Shown one piece after another: positions 58,601-64,000 of a stretch of 64,000 nucleotides of DNA. Source of the DNA: a virus (Duplodnaviria; Caudoviricetes); the IMG/VR virus record IMGVR_UViG_2593339199_000003, positions 32,001 through 96,000 of that record. One strand, given 5' to 3'. Position 1 is the stretch's first letter, and each line of letters opens with the position of its first letter. Position numbers and translations under genes: made by a program. Below the pieces are notes generated by a model. The model had not been told where the DNA came from. It saw only the letters and a program-made list of their open reading frames with translations, and did not search any database.

Positions 58601-59694
58601 CCGAGCGTGCGCCGCCATTCGGCAAGCGACCATGGGCCCTCCTCGAACGGAAGCGACGATGGACGGCCGTGCTGCTCGTGAAGTTTGATCGGATTACGCG
58701 CCACAGACTGCATCACGCGGTAATAGTCCATGTGATTCTGCGGCAACACCATTTCCTTTCCGGTGATGGATGAGAACCGGCGCATCCGCTCCAAGTCGAA
58801 GCTGTCGCCATTCATCGTGACGAAGTAGCTGTTCTTGTGCTTGCCGACGAACGCATTATACTCATCAATGGCACTCGCATAATCTGCACCGTGCTTCACC
58901 AGATTCTTAATTCCATCTCGCATATGACGCAGATACTGCGTCTGGTTGCGCGTGATCTCATCGGTCAGAATGGTTTTGCCGCTCAAAACGGAGTTGATAG
59001 CCGAGTTATGCATCACTTCAGCCCCAAACGTAGCAGCACTGATTCCGTTACCGCCGATCGAGGAATACCGTATCAAGTCGACGACTGTCCGCTGTTCGCT
59101 TGGATTCAGCAGTGCAAATTGCCCTATCTGCACCTTACGGATCAGCTTGTTAAGCTCACCTTGCATGTGTTTGTTTGGAGCAACCAGCTTATTGAATCGA
59201 TGCGTCTTGGATTCGCCCGTGTATTGACCCCCGCGGTAATTAATGCCATTGGCTGAGATCTCTGAGATGAAGAAGTTCTTCGAGTCCGTATCTCCGAGCG
59301 TCTCGATGTCGAGGCCGAAGAACCGGCCAGGACCACCGCCTCCCCCCTTGGCGCGTCGTGCAAAATCGCGAAACGACTCGATATGACGCTGCGCATCAAT
59401 CGCGAACCCGCTATAAGGGTCAGCGCTGCCGACCGGGTTCAGGAAGCTCCAGATGTTGGTGCCGCCCATATTGATTACGCCGCTCTGGGTAGGCAGCGCT
59501 GGCATCTTATTGATGGCATCATTCAGCCGGATCAGAGATGGGTTGACGCCAGACCGCTCCGTGGCGGGCCGGGTTATCGGGTTGTATGCCGACAGCATGA
59601 CCCGCTTATGGCGATCGGCCGGCACATATTCCAGGCCGGCTCCGATCCCCGCGTTAACATTTGAATAGAGTTGATCGTAATTTGTTGTCGCCAT
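52645..59694 (-). CDS. Putative virion-associated single-chain two-barrel RNA polymerase fused to a DEDDh exonuclease
   Basis: DIE / NGDSFD / HSASFD exonuclease motifs; beta-like KVYLDIEKG, VGVVYNP, GVKYGFRE; beta'-like LRFPT...EDSDGD; C-terminal hydrophobic segment. Confidence 0.72.
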   Translation of the reverse strand: MATTNYDQLYSNVNAGIGAGLEYVPADRHKRVMLSAYNPITRPATERSGVNPSLIRLNDAINKMPALPTQSGVINMGGTNIWSFLNPVGSADPYSGFAIDAQRHIESFRDFARRAKGGGGGPGRFFGLDIETLGDTDSKNFFISEISANGINYRGGQYTGESKTHRFNKLVAPNKHMQGELNKLIRKVQIGQFALLNPSEQRTVVDLIRYSSIGGNGISAATFGAEVMHNSAINSVLSGKTILTDEITRNQTQYLRHMRDGIKNLVKHGADYASAIDEYNAFVGKHKNSYFVTMNGDSFDLERMRRFSSITGKEMVLPQNHMDYYRVMQSVARNPIKLHEQHGRPSSLPFEEGPWSLAEWRRTLGMSTAGSHSASFDTGMNGVGGLVANTWNYVDDLLGSTEVKADYKPRQLGQRTPYLMHSNKPLTTSDLLFATRGVRNYKGSQLDYQAELTEDGSYKIFRPGFNQNVINAESFYRVAGVRDLSSGGVPKWAIEFVNQDNPQLRSFVVREGENAAYEIADFYHRSFTPMSNISKKMRKQIQHLRESDLGRRRYESLFSLDKKSTAGFDAAKRMYANAAVYNKFTSGRWSAIEAEASRKLDELTMKNGQFMRSWTPEQYDQAREKIIGRLLKQRISRDEMKGMMNFNSLWDGTSKSFVYNPDEEKAFWKMLPRLMSEHSLYQGAIEAIDASGMEAEQKNIAWSLFHERVNESAGQHKTVRASLPYEQNGFQFRDRLTGKSVSVSLQNANNAINSFRSYVFKGTGDLAETEKAVERAERFKILLSSLKGSGIIDDDYVQGAITGIHDRKLTIPASIEQLALDLMEQQHLTIRRITEESLGRRESVERISKQAGQQLVKSAIKQTQGMRGYLLNNGFIPGPGTDIGDMFAKLDRQHKFTGMNPNNRQAIEGMMGTLKKMNPSLNMALSMNPEATQAFITMFHPDDSASVLRHMAGGASEAHPKAFEFTVPLINQQGTLVYGNRHFNATRDIIRVNGVNSEISTVEKMGHMLADPRLLDHRSEWNINTMAQQLKDGELSEATASARRLMNNFVSELSGVKRDFNENLLVTNTEADLLKQGLKYPAAAMIQQYYEDGTLTDRSFRNTDVILNAGKKQLIPFVKLDDLHDEAKFMIRRDMPEWLEKNGFGRGFYSSAKADVVARGGIGSIDARNLFAYGHFTVQNRDNSVQAMNSYRIDKDLEASLKEAEGVASTNHMVSTAVQRQHSKLYPYKPEVYVNTVMANQADVTRRVDDLIAQAQGDDNIRRILTEEGILRADGSVNVLRKPNVYEQQMIFNKDLVNRLQTKNYKYYRGDEIKWDGKYLDADGQLRRDMVISPGDRLGTRIVDGQRQSVFYDQKYAGRIASARSTDNAFAIEYTEQANKVYLDIEKGTIGGNMHNGQYGYGSEFLKELFGEENVGVVYNPNIGKHGDLGGALRGQANKLMYTMQNAIKENVLNEADIQEAMRMINQGRIGVNASYKNGELLFDDVSAKYKRMDYRNFGRLYGKLNDRFGLGLAESNSAGYITGVQAMRIAQVQNYSTVVDEQRRAVLKYNVDDNGNLIDVAYKEGGDVKGVKYGFRELGMLQVKGLDKTREHMFRYLVDQSKETGRLQEAIGMVNALRGAVEGPGFDPDFENRTLRLHDFHALPTLDTNLTTISRTILDDEHVRKLVGENDYHGFWMELPNIHVNGQKEAILPEVEGRKMDRVFIPFTKTDGKGEEIWLRDMRRHIADIYRRAEAVTKADGESAQVKAMQGLNRSLGKYFAGTVSAVTASSDQTGNSVLKVNMPTSSSGLAKVMPIEESMRLDGETVFINPNEAKTMGIYEHLLGGNEGALHNPALQKDFYAPDLRFPTFTENAIQSVKIKMDPSVPAGFHNTTSLLASLLKEDSDGDYNHIVAIHDQGVQEELARNHAEQREVRAARHEQAYQNALNNSMTYEQALNEGELKLDSSREFSLKSIFEDYNVRSGKEKGLESVDRFEANQLPEIMAKSGKEFIGRASDLNYRMRQVADTFYADSPEVKGQIYKLGQGLEQDLTISSKHGTGQGLFTKSGAADLLSAIERGNTKQAIEVDNKYFNGQFGDNLKLAMGHLTRALDVMKKGMDNPELRAGTSQGMRLGDHSLEEIVDTIMGRNPNATTANPFLNPLQDILRSEGGMTIDRPQQPSLTPEYRKVNPLEPFSSSPMTKRLEGPAGTIAEMIEDGTGGMLGPKAYEKISGAMDKFFNGKNGPRNKKAALIGGLALAGIMGYNTFNDKDPVMPYNPESETEARADAAALYGGTPAPAMAPIDAGNSGANIKISAQGSGSQNFGPMLGQAMQRSGYNGGKINMSVNQSDNANRLNRIWYRDKVQQYS

Positions 59695-59709
59695 AGTTCA
59701 CACCCTCGC

Positions 59710-62700
59710 TTACATCAAAGATCCCATATTGTTGCGCAGATAGTTATCAATTTCGCCGCTGCGATCTTGCTCGTACTGCACGCCAACTCGTGTCGCAGCC
59801 CCGCTTGAAGGCGTCACGGTCACGTTGACGTTCTTCAGTCCTTGTCCTTGGAGCACGTCTTGGATATTGCGCTCCATTCGCTTGTAGCTGAAATCCGATT
59901 GCTGGTACATATTGTTGCCCTGGTTCGTCAGGTTCGGAGTCATGCGCGAGGCTTCCACGTCGTCCGGCCAGAAATTGAAGTCACTCAGATCCAGTTTCTG
60001 ATTCTGCACGACCTTGAGCTTGATGCTCTCAAGATCGAAGTCCGGCCGCCAACCGGCCCAGTTTGCATCCGGCAGCGCGTATTTCTGGAAGTAGTCTTCA
60101 AGTGGCGGCACGTATTCGTCCCCATAATCCCAAAGTGCTTTATAGATGCGCCTTTCATTTTCAGGCACAAGCTGCAGGATACGTTCCCGGTCCCGCTCCG
60201 GTGCATTCACGAAGTCATCGAAGAACCACTTATCCTTGGTCGGAAATGCTCGGGCCACCTTCATCCGATCGTCGTATGGATCGATCGCATATAAGGTTTC
60301 TTCACTTTGCTCTTTATATTGTAATGCCTGACGTACAATATCGGGAAGCATTATTTCGTCCCAGCCGCCCTCTTGCATGTCATTCAGTTCTTGATTGATT
60401 GCTTTGCGGCGATCGACCCATCCATCCGGCTGTTTTAAATAAAGCTGTCGCTTTTCTTCGTTAAGCTGTTGGCGCCGCTCCTTTGTGTTCGCCTGCTTCT
60501 GCTCGATGTCATTGATGAAACCATCGACATCGTAGCCCGACGCTTCAGCTTCCCGCTTTGTCGCTTCATAGAGTCCGGAGTATTTCATATACTTCAAGAG
60601 GTCGAAGTATTCATTGATCTCGTTCTCTTTGCGCCGGCGCTCCGGGATCCACGTCTCGCCGTTATGCGTGTATTCATAATGCCTTGCATACCCGTGGCCA
60701 AGGCCGCCAACCAGCGCGCCTATAATGGCGCCCGCTGCGACCCGCTTGCTGCCGCCGCCCCCGAGTACGCCCATAATGACCCCGCCGGTGATTCCGCCGC
60801 GCATCATCGATTCCAGTGTGTCGTGCCGGAAGGCCGACTGAAAGCCTGGAATTAGATAGTCGCTCGTCAGGAAGTTGCGCCAGGTCGCCCAGTCCTTGCC
60901 GTAAACTTGATCCCGCTCGTATTCTTCGAGTGCAGTGCGCACCTGCAGGAACTTCGTATTAAGCGGCGATTCGTAGTGGGCGATCGACTCCCACCGTGTG
61001 CCCTCTGCAATCTCGTCCGGCGTGAAGCGGGCGAAGACTGATGGTGCGGAGAAGTCCGTCAGGTTCTCCTTCATGAGGCCACGGCGCAGGATGTCCTGGT
61101 TGATATTCTTGAGTCCATCGAAGACAACAGCGCGCATCGTGCCGTACTGGTCATCGGAGATCCGCTGGCTCTGGTCCGCATTGATCCCCACCGTTACCTT
61201 ATCCCCTACCCCGATGTACGAGTCGAGCACCCCGTGTGCTGCCGGCTTGTAATCCATACCGGCCAGCCGGATCGGCGTATCGCCGTATTCCTTTGTAAGG
61301 AAGGTGTAGTCGTCGAGCATCTTGGTGACCGTCACTTGCTCTTTTTCCAGTTCGGCGTATTTAAAGCGATACTCCGTGAAGTCGTATTTCTGTTTTCGCT
61401 TGGCCACCTGACGCTTGATCTCAGCGGCCTGCTTTCGGACCTCCGGATCTGTTTCATTGTCGACCACATAGTCCCGCCAAAACTTGTACTCGTCGCTCCA
61501 CGGCGCCACGTCGGCCAAGATCTTGAACTTGTCGAAGCTGCCGTAGCGTCCGGTCTGATCGGGATGAAGCGGGTTCAGCTTCTCATAGGCATCGCCAGGC
61601 AGCCGGTAATCCCCGTGGGCCACTTTTGTATAGGGATCGCCTACCTGGAAGTTGATGAAATAATCGCCCCCCGGCAACCAGTCCGGCATCGTGTTGCGAA
61701 TCGGGTTGTATTCGTCCAGCTGGCCATCATCTGCGCGAATGAAACGACGCCCGATCTCGGAGATCGGTCCGCCAACAGATCCGAGGTTCATGCCCCAAAA
61801 CCGGTTCGACAGGTTGTTCGCGGCATCCGCCTTCTGGATGACCATGTTACCGGTGTACGGGTCGTCGCCGGCCACTTCATCAGCAATCCACTTGTAGACG
61901 CCGAGCGGCTCCGCCCAGTTCTGCGCGGATTCCTGCAGCCGCCAGTTGATGCTGCTCGGATCCTTCATCTCCCGCAGCTTACGGTTTCGAACTTCATTTC
62001 TGTAGGCGTACTCCTCCGCATGCATTGCGCGCGGCTTTGTCTCGACCATAGGCTCGTCGGTTCCGGCCATAGCAAACATCCGATCCATGCTGTAGCCTTC
62101 TTTGGCGATGTTGGCTGGCACGTACATGGCCTGGCCAGAGGTAATGTCCTGCGCCACGTAGGCGCCCGTTTGATTGCCCTGCTCATCCAGCTCGCTCGAG
62201 ACGAAATACTTCACCGGTGCGGCAACGGCACCCGGATTCACATCACCGGTTCCGGCCCATTTGCCGCTATATGGCGCGCCGTAGCTGGTTGGCCCTGCAT
62301 AGACGACATCCTCGGTCCGGCCTGCCGGCGACACCCGTGTGACGACCGGTTCAGTCGGACGATTGCCGAGCCCTTCATTCTCCTGCTCGATGAGTACCGG
62401 ATCACCCCAGTAATCCGGATGCATGCGGCGGCTTGGTTTCACGAGCTGCCCGATTGTTGCATTGCCGATATCGCCAAAGAACATTGTGTTCGGATTGAAC
62501 AAGGAGCCGGTCATCATGTAAGGCCGGTCATAGTAATGCTTCTGCTCCCAATAGTATTCATTTCCGTCCAGCATGCGCTTGAATATCCCGAGTGGATTCT
62601 CGAAGGTCGGAAGGATATTCATCTCACCATAACGTTCTTCGCCGGTGAGGCTTGTATTGGAATACTCCCAGTCGCTCATCGCCAGGCGCCAGTCGTTCGG

Positions 62701-64000
62701 CCTGAACTCGGAAATGCGGTCGCCACGGAAAGCTGTCTTGGATCCCCATAGCCACCAACGACCTTTGCGCACTTCCTCAACGCCATTTTGCAGGTAGTTC
62801 TGATATTCCTCGCCAGTGAAGGTGTCTTTCTCGTCAATCGGCGTGCCCGGTGCGAACAAGGCGCCTAAGACGTGGCCGGGCCCAAATTCCCCGACGCCGG
62901 GCAGATACCAATCCGGCATGGCGGCGAAGTGCTCAATGCCCGGATGCAGCATTTGGCGGTGCGCCAGCCCCTCGTTCGTGCCCATGGCATCACGTGTGAA
63001 GGCTGCCGAGAGATCACTGCGAGCCCGCATGTTCTGCCAGCGCGCCGTGATGCCCATGCCCGTATGCTTGTCCACCTCGTAGTCTGCATACTGGTAGCCT
63101 TCGTACGCCCCGTAGAGCGGCAGGAACCGTTTCAGGAACAAAGAGGACACCATCTTCAGCGGACTCGATAGGGAGTCATCTGAGAAGCCTAAGCCCCAGT
63201 CCCCGAGCGCATCCTGTAGACGGAACCATGGGTACTGACCGCCGAAGATCGAGAGCGTCGTCACATCTTCCATATTGCGACGGCCGGTCGTCCAGCTGAG
63301 CTGCTTGGCGATGTCCTTAATCGTGCCAATGCCTTCCCAGCCATTGATCGCTTTGTTTACGTAGAGGAACTCGTCGTTGACCGTGTTAGGCGGCTTCTGT
63401 CCGGTGAACTTTTCATAGATCGGGTTGTTGCGCTTCACGGCTTTCATGACGTCGCTTCGGAACTGCGATGAGAAGGCGCCCTGGCCAAGAATCATGTGAT
63501 TGACTTCATCGACGGCAGCGGTTGGGTTTCCATAGGCATCTCCACCCGCCTCCCGAAGGAAGTGATAGTTCAGCAGAAAGTTGGCATTCTCCGCTTCATC
63601 GGTATGAATGTGCCGGCCTTCATACAGGTCATTGAAGACCTTGCGAAGGTTCAAGTTGCGCGGGCTTGTGCTGTTCGGCGCCGTGATCTGCCTGATAAGT
63701 TCCATGCTGACATCTCGCTTGATCTTATCCTGTCCGGTTTGAATGCGGGTGTGTTCACCAAGAATCAGGTTACTTTCACCGATCGGACGCTTGGCGGCCA
63801 GGAATGAATCTGGGTCGCGGCTATAATTGCGCCACGTCCGCTTGATCGCGGTGTCACCTGGAATGTCAGTGGCTTCACCCATGAACCTGAACAGCTTCAT
63901 AATGTGCTCCTCATTCGAGAAGCTGATCTCGTTGTCATCCAGAAACTGCTGAATGTTGCCTGGCAAGTACGTGCGGATCCGATTCAGTACGCGCGGGGAG
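59710..64000 (-). CDS. Giant tape-measure/ejection-like protein with SNase-like domain (5' truncated)
   Basis: Frame stays open past 63966 to the window edge; VTKMLDDYT..IRLAGMD..DQYG..NINQDILRRGL; Gly-rich hydrophobic hairpin. Confidence 0.6.
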   Translation of the reverse strand, partial: SPRVLNRIRTYLPGNIQQFLDDNEISFSNEEHIMKLFRFMGEATDIPGDTAIKRTWRNYSRDPDSFLAAKRPIGESNLILGEHTRIQTGQDKIKRDVSMELIRQITAPNSTSPRNLNLRKVFNDLYEGRHIHTDEAENANFLLNYHFLREAGGDAYGNPTAAVDEVNHMILGQGAFSSQFRSDVMKAVKRNNPIYEKFTGQKPPNTVNDEFLYVNKAINGWEGIGTIKDIAKQLSWTTGRRNMEDVTTLSIFGGQYPWFRLQDALGDWGLGFSDDSLSSPLKMVSSLFLKRFLPLYGAYEGYQYADYEVDKHTGMGITARWQNMRARSDLSAAFTRDAMGTNEGLAHRQMLHPGIEHFAAMPDWYLPGVGEFGPGHVLGALFAPGTPIDEKDTFTGEEYQNYLQNGVEEVRKGRWWLWGSKTAFRGDRISEFRPNDWRLAMSDWEYSNTSLTGEERYGEMNILPTFENPLGIFKRMLDGNEYYWEQKHYYDRPYMMTGSLFNPNTMFFGDIGNATIGQLVKPSRRMHPDYWGDPVLIEQENEGLGNRPTEPVVTRVSPAGRTEDVVYAGPTSYGAPYSGKWAGTGDVNPGAVAAPVKYFVSSELDEQGNQTGAYVAQDITSGQAMYVPANIAKEGYSMDRMFAMAGTDEPMVETKPRAMHAEEYAYRNEVRNRKLREMKDPSSINWRLQESAQNWAEPLGVYKWIADEVAGDDPYTGNMVIQKADAANNLSNRFWGMNLGSVGGPISEIGRRFIRADDGQLDEYNPIRNTMPDWLPGGDYFINFQVGDPYTKVAHGDYRLPGDAYEKLNPLHPDQTGRYGSFDKFKILADVAPWSDEYKFWRDYVVDNETDPEVRKQAAEIKRQVAKRKQKYDFTEYRFKYAELEKEQVTVTKMLDDYTFLTKEYGDTPIRLAGMDYKPAAHGVLDSYIGVGDKVTVGINADQSQRISDDQYGTMRAVVFDGLKNINQDILRRGLMKENLTDFSAPSVFARFTPDEIAEGTRWESIAHYESPLNTKFLQVRTALEEYERDQVYGKDWATWRNFLTSDYLIPGFQSAFRHDTLESMMRGGITGGVIMGVLGGGGSKRVAAGAIIGALVGGLGHGYARHYEYTHNGETWIPERRRKENEINEYFDLLKYMKYSGLYEATKREAEASGYDVDGFINDIEQKQANTKERRQQLNEEKRQLYLKQPDGWVDRRKAINQELNDMQEGGWDEIMLPDIVRQALQYKEQSEETLYAIDPYDDRMKVARAFPTKDKWFFDDFVNAPERDRERILQLVPENERRIYKALWDYGDEYVPPLEDYFQKYALPDANWAGWRPDFDLESIKLKVVQNQKLDLSDFNFWPDDVEASRMTPNLTNQGNNMYQQSDFSYKRMERNIQDVLQGQGLKNVNVTVTPSSGAATRVGVQYEQDRSGEIDNYLRNNMGSLM

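Larger units (their letters stand above)
1..64000 (-). mobile_element. Segment of a large contractile-tailed phage or prophage genome
   Basis: Baseplate, lysin, holin, RBP and phage-type replication genes all co-oriented; no host housekeeping genes. Confidence 0.88.

Noticed and set aside
78-63807. Long plus-strand ORFs (e.g. 320-1396, 3052-4425, 29016-30578, 47424-49430, 61234-62751)
   Set aside because: They are antisense shadows of motif-bearing minus-strand genes in fairly GC-rich DNA, with no recognisable domains
1-64000. tRNA, rRNA, IS elements, introns or inteins
   Set aside because: Intergenic gaps are short, and no cloverleaf, transposase, homing endonuclease or intein splice motifs were recognised

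Overview
The window looks like one co-oriented (all minus-strand) segment of a very large tailed phage or prophage. A Bacillota host is inferred from sigmaA-type promoters, strong AGGAGG RBSs, a Gram-positive-type holin and a LytD/LytB-like glucosaminidase. In transcription order (right to left) it holds: three giant proteins (59.7-64 kb, truncated; 52.6-59.7 kb; 46.2-52.6 kb tail hub/lysin); contractile-tail baseplate genes (spike OB-fold, gp25/W-like, J-like); a cassette of discoidin/Gly-rich receptor-binding proteins; two huge adhesin-like proteins (Ig, PA14, thrombospondin-C-like); a family of paralogous structural proteins; a vWA protein; and a holin. After a terminator and a new promoter comes a replication module (Rad52-like SSAP, AEP primase, DnaB-like helicase). 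The top finding is the 2349-aa ORF at 52645-59694. It carries, in the correct order, motifs matching both barrels of a two-barrel RNA polymerase (intact DxDGD), fused to an N-terminal DEDDh 3'-5' exonuclease and a C-terminal hydrophobic segment, and sits among virion genes, suggesting a virion-injected single-chain RNAP. A 14-bp palindrome (TGTAATGCATTACA) also recurs across the window. All assignments are from motif recognition by eye; no searches were run.
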